Virus record (IMG/VR): IMGVR_UViG_3300032156_000014 | Coordinates: 1 to 52,498 of that record | Source: a virus | Lineage: Duplodnaviria; Caudoviricetes | Length of the DNA stretch: 52,498 nt | Strand: one strand, 5' to 3' | Part shown: positions 8,642-19,100 of the stretch, one piece after another | Layout: each line of letters opens with the position of its first letter | Position numbering within the stretch: position 1 is the first letter of the stretch | Notes under the pieces: generated by a model | The model's database searches: none | Told to the model about the DNA's origin: nothing | What the model saw: only the letters and a program-made list of their open reading frames with translations | Translations under genes and position numbers: made by a program

Positions 8642-9295
8642 TTATTGAAATTTCAATAGCGGTAGCCCTATTTTAAACGATCCAGTTTTAGATATTGGTG
8701 CGTAGCCAAAACCTATCTGTCCCCGCCTGAACGCAAGCAAAGCGGTAATCTCGGCATTCTCCATTTTGTAAAAAGGAAGATCCATGCCGACATACAGATA
8801 TTTGTTGTAATGCACTGAATTATCGACAGAATTATTGGTAATAGTCTGAGGCTTCAGCCATTGATAACTAAGGTCGTACACGAGCGGCTTATTCTGCGAG
8901 ATAGTCGTGTTGAGCTTAATCCTGATGCTGTCTCCGGGAGTGAACTTCTCAGGGTACTGCCAGTAATACCGGTAAGTAGTATAATATCTGGCAAGTATAG
9001 CTGCGGTATCAATGTCTGCAGGAATAGGGACGGGCTCGCCGGGCAGATAGACTATAACCGGATCGGGCTGTGGTTGGTTCTTCAATGAATCGACGATATG
9101 ATTCAGGGAATCAACTACCCGGTGCCAGGCTGTATCATGTATAATAACAGTATTGGTCGTTATCTCAGGACAAAGATGCCGGTGTTTATGATAGTTGCAC
9201 CCGGAAACAAAACATGCGACCATCACAAAGAGTGCAAGTCCTCCGAGAATGAAAGCAATGTTTTTCCGGATCCAGTCAACCACCATTTTTAGCAT
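8642..9295 (-). CDS. Putative spanin / lysis lipoprotein
   Basis: Hydrophobic N-terminus with Cys (VSGC), Pro-rich linker, C-terminal beta strands; last gene of the lysis cluster. Confidence 0.5.
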   Translation of the reverse strand: MLKMVVDWIRKNIAFILGGLALFVMVACFVSGCNYHKHRHLCPEITTNTVIIHDTAWHRVVDSLNHIVDSLKNQPQPDPVIVYLPGEPVPIPADIDTAAILARYYTTYRYYWQYPEKFTPGDSIRIKLNTTISQNKPLVYDLSYQWLKPQTITNNSVDNSVHYNKYLYVGMDLPFYKMENAEITALLAFRRGQIGFGYAPISKTGSFKIGLPLLKFQ

Positions 9296-9614
9296 TCTTT
9301 CCTTTTTTGAATGTTTTCTGGATCATCTCATAACCAATATGGCCGAACCCCAGCCCGCAGAGAGCAGAGAATATGAGCTTAGAGGGAACAACAAGACCAG
9401 CGGGCAATTTCTCTGTCAGCCACACTGTTATGTTTGTATCTGCATCCATGAGTATTATCATGGCAATCAGATCCAGAAGGAAAGTGAACAGAAGTTCCGG
9501 CCAGTTATCTTTGAACCAGAAGCTTATGCTGAAATTGCTTTTGTCCTTACGCTTCATAAAGCGAAGGTCAAAATAAGCAAGGGTGCCGATAAGAAAAAGT
9601 AACCAGGATTTCAT
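9276..9614 (-). CDS. Putative holin (three hydrophobic segments, basic C-tail); likely start MKSW
   Basis: TM segments, adjacent to the endolysin. Confidence 0.6.
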   Translation of the reverse strand: MKSWLLFLIGTLAYFDLRFMKRKDKSNFSISFWFKDNWPELLFTFLLDLIAMIILMDADTNITVWLTEKLPAGLVVPSKLIFSALCGLGFGHIGYEMIQKTFKKGKNAKNGG

Positions 9615-9714
9615 CTTTATATGTTTGAAATTATGTAAATCAAAATTGCGAGCACCAGACAAATCGCAAAGGGCCACCAGGGAAAAACGTCTTTAAAGAA
9701 CTTAATAATCCCTT

Positions 9715-10167
9715 TCATTTTCTGTTTAATACATTCATTTGTAAATAAGTAAGTCCTGCACAATGAGGCTTCTTAGTATCTACGTCAGAATGTTGCATGA
9801 CTTTTATCTCATTAAACTGAGCGCGTAACCGATTAACGAGATGATTTAGCGCCCTTAATTGTGAATCGGTAAATGTTCCGGATAGTCCGATCAGACAGAT
9901 TCCTACTGCATTATTATATCCAAACGCATGGGACCCTTTTTCATCGAGTTCCATATCTGAATCATCATCCAGAGGACGGCCTGTTTCAATATGGCCATCA
10001 AAATAAGAGTTCATCTTATAAGGACCCAACCGCCCATTAAGGATGACATAGTGATAACCTATTGCATCCCACCCCCGGCCTTTAGGATCCGGCTGTGTGT
10101 GCCATTTGCTGATTAATGCAGCATTCCCGAAGGAACTATCGCTACAATGAACAATTACATTAGTCAT
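9715..10167 (-). CDS. Endolysin, N-acetylmuramoyl-L-alanine amidase (T7-lysozyme/Amidase_2-like)
   Basis: IVHCS, GWDAIGYHYVI, GSHAFGYN, GICLIG, H...KPHC zinc ligands. Confidence 0.9.
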   Translation of the reverse strand: MTNVIVHCSDSSFGNAALISKWHTQPDPKGRGWDAIGYHYVILNGRLGPYKMNSYFDGHIETGRPLDDDSDMELDEKGSHAFGYNNAVGICLIGLSGTFTDSQLRALNHLVNRLRAQFNEIKVMQHSDVDTKKPHCAGLTYLQMNVLNRK

Positions 10168-10526
10168 TGATTCTTTTGATTACCAGGACCGCCCCCGCCT
10201 CTTTTTGACAGCGCCGCCCTGTTTAGTATCTCTCGCTGAAACTCTGTTCTTTCCTTAATCGCATCCACATAACGGGGATCATCTTTGGTCGTCTGGGAAA
10301 GAACATTCAGAATATTTATCAGCTTATCATTTGAGCCGACAATCCCTTCCATAACAAAAAGCGGAGTATAGTCATCATTGATTGTCTGAACCCGCTTCTC
10401 AAGATCATTGGCCTTCACCTCAGCCCTTATTGCACCACCGGCCAGGATCATCATGAAGGGAACCATAATTCCCAAAATCCAACGCAAGAAAGAAGCCATT
10501 TTTTTAAGTTCGCTTTCGGGGGCCAT
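10164..10526 (-). CDS. Membrane protein with one TM helix and a coiled coil (holin/antiholin candidate)
   Basis: TM helix near the N-terminus; overlaps the endolysin start. Confidence 0.5.
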   Translation of the reverse strand: MAPESELKKMASFLRWILGIMVPFMMILAGGAIRAEVKANDLEKRVQTINDDYTPLFVMEGIVGSNDKLINILNVLSQTTKDDPRYVDAIKERTEFQREILNRAALSKRGGGGPGNQKNQ

Positions 10527-10550
10527 GATCTATTGTTTAAAACCAGAACC

Positions 10551-10733
10551 CTACTTTTCCTTATCTGCCGGCTTTTCGAAGATATCAACCCCGACTTCTT
10601 TGATCATCTGGAGCTGTTCCTGTGTTGCCTCTTTCAGCTTTACCCTGTAAGAGCTGTTATTATAAGAGAAGTGAACTTCACTCTCGAGGCATTCCTGTCT
10701 GACTTTAAGTTTCTGTGCCATGATTAACTCCAT
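10551..10733 (-). CDS. Small hypothetical protein
   Basis: Co-oriented ORF after the tail-tube-like gene. Confidence 0.55.
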   Translation of the reverse strand: MELIMAQKLKVRQECLESEVHFSYNNSSYRVKLKEATQEQLQMIKEVGVDIFEKPADKEK

Positions 10734-11395
10734 TTACAAATTGTCGATGTTCCTGCAAGTACAGCGGCTGTAAGTGTTGAATCCAGTGGAAGGGCTAGTC
10801 CTGAACATTCATTTGCGAGTGCTACCGGAATTGTGTTTCCTGATGCTTCACCAAGACCCTTACCGGTCTTGCGGTCGGTCTTGTCAAGCCTCAATGGCCG
10901 TTCTCTCACATCTGTTGCATTATGGCCGACTACCCAGCATTTCCCATTGCCGTCAACAATGAGGGCAAAGAAACCACAGGGAGAGCCGTCAATAAGCGCC
11001 TGGAGAAAGGTGTTTGTGGCTTTTGCCGGAGGCATGACGTCAAAACCAACTTCATTGGCTACCTTCCAGTTATTAAGTCCAACCCTTGACCCGACTTCGT
11101 TCCAGTACACGGAATCCTGAATGGCGTCCACGCGCATAAATGGAGTAGTGCCGGTTACTGCTGAAATCTCATCAGATGTGATGGTGAAGGCCGTTGCTAC
11201 GGCTTTATCAGCAATAAAGATCTTCGAAGCTCCCGAAACGTTCTTTGAGCACGTTTGCGTAAAGATAGCGAGCGCAAAAGCGCCGGTTATCCCTGCCGGA
11301 AGAAACAGATCGGGAAAGATAAATGCTAACAGCAAGACTATCCCGATGAGATAACCGCTGTATTTAAGAATTCTTTTCATATTTCCTGATTTCAT
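10724..11395 (-). CDS. Major tail tube-like protein with an N-terminal signal/TM extension
   Basis: C..NVSGASKIFIAD, FFALIVDGNGKCWVVG, TGKGLGEASG pattern typical of Bacteroidota siphophage tube proteins; hydrophobic leader ending in AFA. Confidence 0.6.
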   Translation of the reverse strand: MKSGNMKRILKYSGYLIGIVLLLAFIFPDLFLPAGITGAFALAIFTQTCSKNVSGASKIFIADKAVATAFTITSDEISAVTGTTPFMRVDAIQDSVYWNEVGSRVGLNNWKVANEVGFDVMPPAKATNTFLQALIDGSPCGFFALIVDGNGKCWVVGHNATDVRERPLRLDKTDRKTGKGLGEASGNTIPVALANECSGLALPLDSTLTAAVLAGTSTICKWS

Positions 11396-11470
11396 TCGTT
11401 ATGTGTGTTACTATGACACATAAAATTAAACCAGAAAAATGAACGATATTCCTAAATTTCGTAGGTGACC

Positions 11471-11707
11471 TTACAAGACAATCTTTTCAATCAACTTGAC
11501 TGAGACACAATAGTTTTGGGACAACTCATTTCTTAATCTTTGTTTCCCGTTCTGCTGAACTCTTTGCTTATACTCTTCTTTTATCAGCACTTTTCTCATG
11601 ATATCTTCCCGCAGTATGCCTTTCTCAAAAAGCATCTCCGTTATCCTCTCATCGATCCGATAATCTTCTTTGAGTAGTTTGGCTGTCCGGGAACGAATGT
11701 CTATCAT
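11471..11707 (-). CDS. Small Mor-like HTH protein (possible late regulator)
   Basis: C-terminal ELSQNYCVSVKLIEKIV HTH-like segment; ATGA-coupled to the tape measure gene. Confidence 0.5.
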   Translation of the reverse strand: MIDIRSRTAKLLKEDYRIDERITEMLFEKGILREDIMRKVLIKEEYKQRVQQNGKQRLRNELSQNYCVSVKLIEKIVL

Positions 11708-13884
11708 ATCCTTTGTGCTTCGGTTATTATTTGAACCTCTTTTTGAGCAGCATTGACTTTATGAATGTTAAGGCTGACCTCGATCTGATTCATCCGTTCT
11801 CCAATTAGGTCAGCGAATTCCCTCATATTAAAAGCCGCCGAAGGTATTGAGGGGGCAATTTGCCCGACATAACCACCATTAGCATAACCAGGAACCCCTA
11901 TGTTCTTTAGAACTCCGGAACCGCCAAGCATAGCAACCTGCTTTTCGGTGAGAATAGTTTCGGATTTATTTGCAAGGATCAATGTATCATCTTTGCCACC
12001 TGTGTTGACATACATGCCATCCGTTATTCTCCCTCCATATTCATATCCAGTGACTTTTTGTTTTTGTTTATATGCACTATTGATCTCTTTGGCAGACCTT
12101 GCTGTTTCGGCAATTATACCAGCTATTGTAATACCTCCGAGAACTGAATTAAGTGTCACCCAGGGCTGCCCTGCTGTTAATGGCGAAACTGCTATTGCCT
12201 TGGCATTTGCTATACCAACATTAGCCACAACCTGCCCTATGGCCGTAGCCTTCTCTCCAATAAGAGCAGCGTATTGCATCTCCCGGTTTTCTCCTGCAAT
12301 CTGATATAAGATATTGGCAACTCCGGCAGCAATTGAGATCTTTGCATTTGCAATTTCCTGTTCGGCATTAATCTCACTCAATTTAATCTCAATCAATTCC
12401 TGGGATTGTCGCGCTGCAAGTTCTTTGTTTCTCAGATAGTTTTCCCGAGCCTTTTGCATCCCCTCCTCCCATGCCTGGTCAAGTAATTCCTGTTTTTTCT
12501 TTTCAGCTTCAACTTCAGGATATGTTTCTTCACCCGTTGGAGCCATATATTTTACAGACTTTTCGGCAGCACTCATAATATCTTCCAGAGCAGTACCTTC
12601 GTAAACTTCACCCCCTCCTTTCCCGGCCCTGCCTTGCAGCCGGTTTATTTTAAGCTGATTAGAATAATATTGCCTCTGAATACTCTCCCTTTCCCTATAG
12701 AGGCCATTGATGGCTTCTTCATGTACTTCCTGGGTAGCTGTCATCTCAGACATGGCCTCCATGTTGGTTATCTGCCTGTTGACAAACTCTGTTTTCTCCT
12801 CTGCGAGCTGATTAGCGATTATTTCTGCTTCGAGTGAAGCCTTTATCTGTTCTGTAGTTGTCGATGCCTGATCGGTGACAATGACACGCTGTTTCATTAG
12901 CTGGGCTTGCAGGGATTCCCACTCGGTCTCTTTTGCAAGCCTTTCATCATTAAGCCTTTCCTGTTCCTGTAAAAGCAGGTTGTATTTGACTTGCCAATCG
13001 AGCTTGTTCTTTGTGTGTTTACTGGTAAGATCGTATGCACTGACTTGGTTATAAAGCTCCTGCCCTGCTTTCCTTATCTCCTCCCCTCCTGCCTTTAGCC
13101 CATTCAGGAATTCTTTCTGTTCATCATTAAGGTCCTCTTGTAATGAAAGCTGACGCAAAGCATATTCAATCTGCTTCTCTCCTTCAGCTATCTGTCCCAG
13201 GGCTCTCTTCTGAGTGTCTTTCCTGGCCTTCTCGACATCAGTCTCAAAACCGGCTGCCCCATATAGAAGCTTATCTGCAGATTCGAGATATAGTTCCATA
13301 TTCTCATGGGCCTGCTTCCACGCTGTCACCAGGAGACCCACCCCTGCAGTAAACCCTCCCATCATTCCCCCTGTAGTCATAAATGATGTGAAAAGATTAC
13401 CTAACTGTCCGGTAACACCCCCTATTGCTCCCGTAACTGCATCAAACCCAGAAACCAACGAATCTTTATAATTTCCGACGTTGCGGGTATGAACACCGAT
13501 AGCCTCTTCGGATGCTTTAATCTCATCATTGAGCTTATTAACAGCGGGGGCCATTTTCTCACGCACAGCTGCACTGGCATTGGCATATTCCTGTTTGAGT
13601 TTTGAAAGTTCTACCCGCATACGACTTAATGAGTCGGGTGCAGAGTCAATGACTTTCTTTAATTCCCTCTGTCTGGATGTTTGGGTCTCAATCTCTTTAG
13701 TATATGCAGCCAGCTTCAACTTTTCTTCGTTCGAAGCTATATGGCCCGGCTGTGAAGCCTGCTTCATGAGTTCGGCACGTTCCTTCTTTAAAGCCTGTAA
13801 CTGAATCGTGAGTTTCGAAATCTCTGTGGCCTCATTACTGATTCCTTCAATACTGATACTAAATGATAATTCCTTGTCTGCCAT
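11704..13884 (-). CDS. Tape measure protein
   Basis: Long coiled coil, RNVGNY motif, Gly/Ala hydrophobic patches, C-terminal GYEYGG...LAN.SE.ILT. Confidence 0.85.
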   Translation of the reverse strand: MADKELSFSISIEGISNEATEISKLTIQLQALKKERAELMKQASQPGHIASNEEKLKLAAYTKEIETQTSRQRELKKVIDSAPDSLSRMRVELSKLKQEYANASAAVREKMAPAVNKLNDEIKASEEAIGVHTRNVGNYKDSLVSGFDAVTGAIGGVTGQLGNLFTSFMTTGGMMGGFTAGVGLLVTAWKQAHENMELYLESADKLLYGAAGFETDVEKARKDTQKRALGQIAEGEKQIEYALRQLSLQEDLNDEQKEFLNGLKAGGEEIRKAGQELYNQVSAYDLTSKHTKNKLDWQVKYNLLLQEQERLNDERLAKETEWESLQAQLMKQRVIVTDQASTTTEQIKASLEAEIIANQLAEEKTEFVNRQITNMEAMSEMTATQEVHEEAINGLYRERESIQRQYYSNQLKINRLQGRAGKGGGEVYEGTALEDIMSAAEKSVKYMAPTGEETYPEVEAEKKKQELLDQAWEEGMQKARENYLRNKELAARQSQELIEIKLSEINAEQEIANAKISIAAGVANILYQIAGENREMQYAALIGEKATAIGQVVANVGIANAKAIAVSPLTAGQPWVTLNSVLGGITIAGIIAETARSAKEINSAYKQKQKVTGYEYGGRITDGMYVNTGGKDDTLILANKSETILTEKQVAMLGGSGVLKNIGVPGYANGGYVGQIAPSIPSAAFNMREFADLIGERMNQIEVSLNIHKVNAAQKEVQIITEAQRI

Positions 13885-13902
13885 AGTGTTTTAATCTTTA
13901 TT

Positions 13903-14196
13903 CTATATTATCTCAATCTCTTGTCGCTGCGTACCGGCTCCATGTATTTCGGAATTGTTCATAGTTTATAAATTAAATGAGTTTTAAATGCACTCAAATA
14001 ATATGAATTAATCCTGCACTTCATAAAAAATGCAAGTTGATCTGATTCCGGTGCATTGGGAGTAAACCAACCGACAGGATTATAGAAATAATCATAATCT
14101 GATTCAGATAATACAACCTCTGTCCATCCAGTACTGGCTCCAACTAAATGACCCGGTTCGTGCTCCGGCTACTCCTATGCCTACACCTATTTCCAT
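13903..14196 (-). pseudogene. Fused gene fragments (MEIGVGIGV...SWSQYW head, out-of-frame 58-codon tail, 19-aa mini-ORF)
   Basis: Head ORF 14196-14104; start-less frame ending at TGA 13959 that overlaps the ATG of 13962-13903. Confidence 0.5.
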
Positions 14197-14289
14197 AATA
14201 AACCTCCTTTATTATCAAGTTGTCGTGTTTTACATAAAGAACAAAGAGGACAAAGCATGCCTCTGTCATATTTAGGCAGAGACATACCT

Positions 14290-14333
14290 ATCCCTTATCA
14301 GCTGATTACTGATCCCTTATCAGCTGAATACTG
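14290..14333. repeat. 22-bp tandem duplication (1 mismatch)
   Basis: atcccttatcagctgattactg / atcccttatcagctgaatactg. Confidence 0.9.
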
Positions 14334-14511
14334 AAATCAGGATACAAACCGCGGCAGTTAATACAGCAAACAGCACGGCTGTATTCACATCAAGATACCG
14401 TACATTCACTCTGCTGTAGGTTTTGATTCCCTTTCCCTTACAGGCTTCAACAGCCTGAAAATAATCGTTTGGTTCTACCCAAACAGCCTGACCTTTTTTT
14501 CTTTTTGCCAT
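14320..14511 (-). CDS. Short, possibly chimeric ORF
   Basis: Soluble N-terminal half joined to a hydrophobic tail, inside the relic region. Confidence 0.4.
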   Translation of the reverse strand: MAKRKKGQAVWVEPNDYFQAVEACKGKGIKTYSRVNVRYLDVNTAVLFAVLTAAVCILISVFS

Positions 14512-14521
14512 TTCAAAAAAA

Positions 14522-14728
14522 TTAAATTAAACAATAATTATTTATAGAGCATATACTCATCTGCTTTCCTGCTATGTCAACACGTGAATTGTATTCTTCA
14601 ACAATCAAAATCTTCTTGCAATTATGCTCTTCCAACAGCCCCGAATCAAACAACGAAAAAGTAATCTTCTCTTCAATGTCGTAGTTTTTCTTCAAGAGCT
14701 TAGCAGTCCGACTTCTTATGTCAATCAT
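14522..14728 (-). pseudogene. Truncated paralogue of 11471..11707
   Basis: MIDIRSRTAKLLK identical; similarity ends after GKQ and the HTH is lost. Confidence 0.8.
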
Positions 14729-15086
14729 ATTCTCTGCGTTTCAGTAATCACATTAAGCTCCCTCTGAGCTGAGCCGTACCCCTGTTGGCTGCCTCTTTCA
14801 TGGCAATCAACTTGGCTCTCATTCTCTCAAGACTGTCTTCAGCAGTACCAACGACCTTCTTAAGATTACCTTGTTCTCTCCGGTTCTCTTCAATGGCTTT
14901 GGAATACGCAGCAAGTTTCGTGGCATTCTCTTTTGACAATATGCCTTCCCTTTGTGCAAGTTTCTCCAACTCTCTCTTCTCAGCAGTGAGATTCTTCAAC
15001 TGCACATCAAGCTTAGCAAGTTCCTGCTCTTCAGCAGAAACACCCTTGACATCTATTCGCCATGTTAATACTTTTTCCTCAGCCAT
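14725..15086 (-). pseudogene. Internally deleted second tape measure gene
   Basis: About 108 N-terminal codons homologous to the TMP, joined out of frame to SAQRELNVITETQRI* (intact TMP ends AAQKEVQIITEAQRI*). Confidence 0.88.
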
Positions 15087-15097
15087 TGTAGTAATAT

Positions 15098-15427
15098 TTA
15101 TTTCTCATCCTTCGGCAATTTCACCGTTCCCTCAAGCATCTCAAATGCCTGTCCCATAACGAGTGGCGGGTGAATACGTGCAAGCCCTTTCTTAATAACA
15201 GTAATCTCTTCAGCAGAGAGTTCAACTTCTCCACCTTTTACATCACGAATCTTCTTAAAGATTTCGTACTTCTCCCACTTCTCCTTCTGTTGGTCTTTCT
15301 CATCAGGAACAAGTAAAGCACCATAAATAACATCACGGAGAGTAAGTTTCTTACCTGCTTCATCCATGTTCAGCAAGGATGTCTTGCCGTCTACACCTAT
15401 AAGGTTTACATTAATTTTGACTTTCAT
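15098..15427 (-). CDS. Conserved phage protein following the tail fibre (possible fibre chaperone)
   Basis: LTLRDVI..ALL, VELSAEEI..IK, PLVMGQ pattern; position. Confidence 0.55.
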   Translation of the reverse strand: MKVKINVNLIGVDGKTSLLNMDEAGKKLTLRDVIYGALLVPDEKDQQKEKWEKYEIFKKIRDVKGGEVELSAEEITVIKKGLARIHPPLVMGQAFEMLEGTVKLPKDEK

Positions 15428-15435
15428 AATTTTAG

Positions 15436-15705
15436 TTATTCTGTTAATACTTCAGGCACATCTGTAATATCTACCTCAACTGCCTGTGCTAAGATAGCTT
15501 TTATAAATTTACGAACGGTAGTCTTTTGCGTTGCTGTCATTTCAGCCATAAGAGCATCAAGGCTAACACTTCTGTTATAACTTTTCTCCGGAGTATGTAT
15601 CATCACAAAAGCAAGTTTTGATTCTATGTTGATAACAATATCTCCGGTTGTGTGTGCAACGGCTGTCTTAGCCGGAATATCCTTTATAAAATCCATGACA
15701 CTCAA
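15436..15705 (-). CDS. Hypothetical protein
   Basis: Co-oriented, overlapping start/stop. Confidence 0.6.
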   Translation of the reverse strand: MSVMDFIKDIPAKTAVAHTTGDIVINIESKLAFVMIHTPEKSYNRSVSLDALMAEMTATQKTTVRKFIKAILAQAVEVDITDVPEVLTE

Positions 15706-15884
15706 TTTAATGCGTTAACGATAAGGATTACAGCAATCCATCCTATACAGGTAAGCACAAATGTCAGACCGTGGAAATACAAAGCACCTACGACACCTTT
15801 GGTCGGAATCCCTGCATCATTCAGCAGTCTGTTTGCACGTACGTAATCATCGCCCGATACAAATAAAGCTCTTAATTTTTTCAT
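15702..15884 (-). CDS. Small membrane protein
   Basis: C-terminal TM helix. Confidence 0.5.
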   Translation of the reverse strand: MKKLRALFVSGDDYVRANRLLNDAGIPTKGVVGALYFHGLTFVLTCIGWIAVILIVNALN

Positions 15885-16152
15885 CTCTTTTTGTTTTTAA
15901 GTTAATACTATGACGTTGTTTGCATTCTACTTCACAAACCTCTCCGGTTATCTTAAACATTTGATACCTCAATTCATTTTCATAGTCTATTATTGAAGCT
16001 GTGGTCATTTCACACACGGTAATTACATCTGACAAACAATAAATATTCTCAGGACATTTGAACTTAGCCTGACATTCATAACAGAATGTATCTGTATGCT
16101 TCTCACACGAAAATACACTTAACAAAACTACTATAAATAATATTTTTCTCAT
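15847..16152 (-). CDS. Cys-rich lipoprotein
   Basis: MRKILFIVVLLSVFS|C lipobox; CYEC and further cysteines. Confidence 0.7.
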   Translation of the reverse strand: MRKILFIVVLLSVFSCEKHTDTFCYECQAKFKCPENIYCLSDVITVCEMTTASIIDYENELRYQMFKITGEVCEVECKQRHSINLKTKRDEKIKSFICIGR

Positions 16153-16156
16153 TATA

Positions 16157-19100
16157 CTAAGGCGTTGATATACTGCTTCCTGATGCCTCATTTACAGGAG
16201 TAATATGACTTCCACATACCCTGAAATTATAAACCTCAGCATAAGTTCCTGATGATGCAGTATAAGCATATAATTGAATGCTTTCACCTGAGCTTACACC
16301 TGTTATATCTTCAGAATATTCTGTCCCTCCTGCTGAGTTTGTACTTCTCAATGTCCCTACGGCTGTTCCATTTACATATATCTGTGCATATACATAAACA
16401 CCTGAATATACTTTTGCTTCCAATGTAAACTTAACTCTTATTGTTTTATCACCTATAAGATATGAACCCATAGTTATAGTCTTCATTTTCGTAGCAGAAG
16501 TAGCATTTGTTTCTGCCAAAGCATCATGTGAAATATAAACAGTATTGTCAACCTGATATGCGTAAATTAATGTAGTAACCTTAACTCTTCCTAATTGGTC
16601 GGCAACAAAAGAAGCAGCAGAAGTTGCTTCCCCTCCACACATAAATCCACCACTATTAAGTTCAACTCTACTACTTCCAGACCCATAGTATATTTGAGTT
16701 GCACTTAGAGAAAAACCTCCTATTGTTCCCCCTTTGGCATATAAATTTCCTCCTGTATCAATATAAAAATTATATCCATGTATAGAGGCATCAGAACCAT
16801 CAGAATAAATTGTCAAATCTCCTGCTGCCCCTGTATAAGCTGAATGGTCTTCCGTTCCTGTATAGATAGATGTGCTATTAATATTCCATGTACCTATCTT
16901 CCCTGACGAAGCCTCAATTTTCCCTTTCAAATAAACATTATCACAATACAGACCATATCCGGGCGAAGCAGGAACAATATCATACGAAGCCAACGAAGCA
17001 AGGTTGCCAAGCTGAACCCTGATTGTGGTCTTATCGGTCAAGCTCCATTTAGCCCAAGAGCTTACCCCTGAGTATATCCGCATGAACGGATTATCAGTAT
17101 CAATGGCACTGAAATAAATGCTATTCTGCAACGAAGCCGTTGAGGTATGACCGATAGTGCAGACCTCATCCCCTGCCTCAAAAACACCAACGTCACTGCC
17201 CGTAGTCCATCCGGTAGTCGTAGTCATATCAACTCTTTGGTCGCCCTGAATTGCACTTACCTGACGTACAATCTTCTTAACAACCGTTGACCTGTTAATA
17301 TCAACTCTCCACACTATAACTATCGCCCCGGCTGAAAACGGACTCATAGCAGTTCCTTCGGGAGTTTCAAAATACAACTGCTCTGAACCTACTGTTGATG
17401 AATATACAGACTTAACCTTCCCTGCTCCTGCTCCTATTACAAGCCCCCCGTTCTGATAATGCAGTTGGTTGATTATCATTTCATATACCTGCATCCCTCC
17501 CCTGACAAGAACATTATTGAACTCAGCATTACCTGATGTATCTATCATCCATCCTGAACCTGAGTTCCACCCTGACGTAAATCCATAGTTCCTTGTAAAC
17601 CCCGTACTGCCGTCAATATAAAGAATAGGATTACCCTTACCGTCCCCGATTCTTAAATCTCTGAAATTTGAATATGTATCATTATAGCCACGATGATTAA
17701 TATATATAGCTGCATCATCTACGGCAGTCCCTCTGTACCACATTTCATTACTTCCCCCAAAAGTAACCCCTACCGTACCAATTACAAATGTACTTGCAGC
17801 CCCATCAAAATAAGCAACAGCACTTCCCTTACCATTATAGACGTACAAATTTCTATACTGTGAATTACCTCCCTGATAACCATGATAATTTATATAACCG
17901 TTAGCCGTAGCGTTTGTGGTCGTATCAAATGTCAATTCATTGGAACAAGCTATATTACCATACACATCTAACACTTCATAAGCAGTAGTCTTATTAACAG
18001 CAATCCACCCATCACTCTGAATTGTAATCCTTTCTGTGTCATTTGTGTAAAAGCACATAGCAGCATTTTCCCTCTGCCTTATGTAAAATGTATAATCACC
18101 TGCTCCACCGTCATACCCCATTATTGTCCCATCGGTAGCAGCCGAACCCGTCCCTGCTTTTGTTATCTGAAAATATGAAGCACCTGAACCATGCAGTTGC
18201 ATTTGGAAATTAGGGGCAGTAGTTCCAATACTCAATCCGGCATCGCTAAGTGTCATTCTTGCAGAGCCTCCGGTTTCAAATGAAATAGCAGGAGTATTTT
18301 TCAACACTATTTTTGAACTCGTTCCCCTGTTACAAAAAAGATTCAGCCAATAGTCGTTATCAACATATAATGAACATCCACCCCGAACCCCTGTCGTATC
18401 AAAGTACAAATGATTTCCTACTCCACCGACAGCAATATCTCCTGTAACATCAAATTTATAATCAGGAACAGTAATCCCAACACCAACCCTACCACTACTA
18501 CCATCAAAGAATGCAAATATATTATGCTTACCATCACAAATCGCCAAATCTCTGAATTGTGTTATTCCATTATTATATCCGACATAATTGATATAACCTA
18601 AATGATTTGCATTATCAGCATACCCAAAGTTAAGTGTATCATCATAAAAATAAGATTGACCTTGAGAAGTACCAAATAATGACAATGCCCCTCTTACATC
18701 TAAAGCACCTCCGGGTGCAGAAGTGTTAATACCTACATAGCCTGTAGTTTTTTTGACAACTAATCTATAATCTACACCTGTCTCATAAATATAATACCCT
18801 ACAGCATTTGTCCCAACTTGCCAGTTTTGTGTATTTGTTGTATCGATGTAATTTATATCAGATTCACCCGCATTGGTTATGGTAACTGACCCCGTGAGAG
18901 TAGGAGTTGCAAACATTGTCGCTTTTGATTCATTGGTGACGTTCTCCAATGATAATGCTCCCTTAAAATTTACAGCCGATAAAGCAGAAACAGAGTTATC
19001 CGCATTAACTCTTAAAAATGTTATCGCACCCGGATTGGCAAGCATGAATAAGCTGGCCCCTGCTGTTGTGGCTCCAAGACTTGTCCTTCCTGTAGCAGCA

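Noticed and set aside
14290-14333. Mini CRISPR array
   Set aside because: Only two abutting 22-bp copies with no spacer and no cas genes.
11471-15086. Diversity-generating retroelement TR/VR pair suggested by the duplicated genes
   Set aside because: The copies differ at all base types, as diverged paralogues do, and no reverse transcriptase is encoded.
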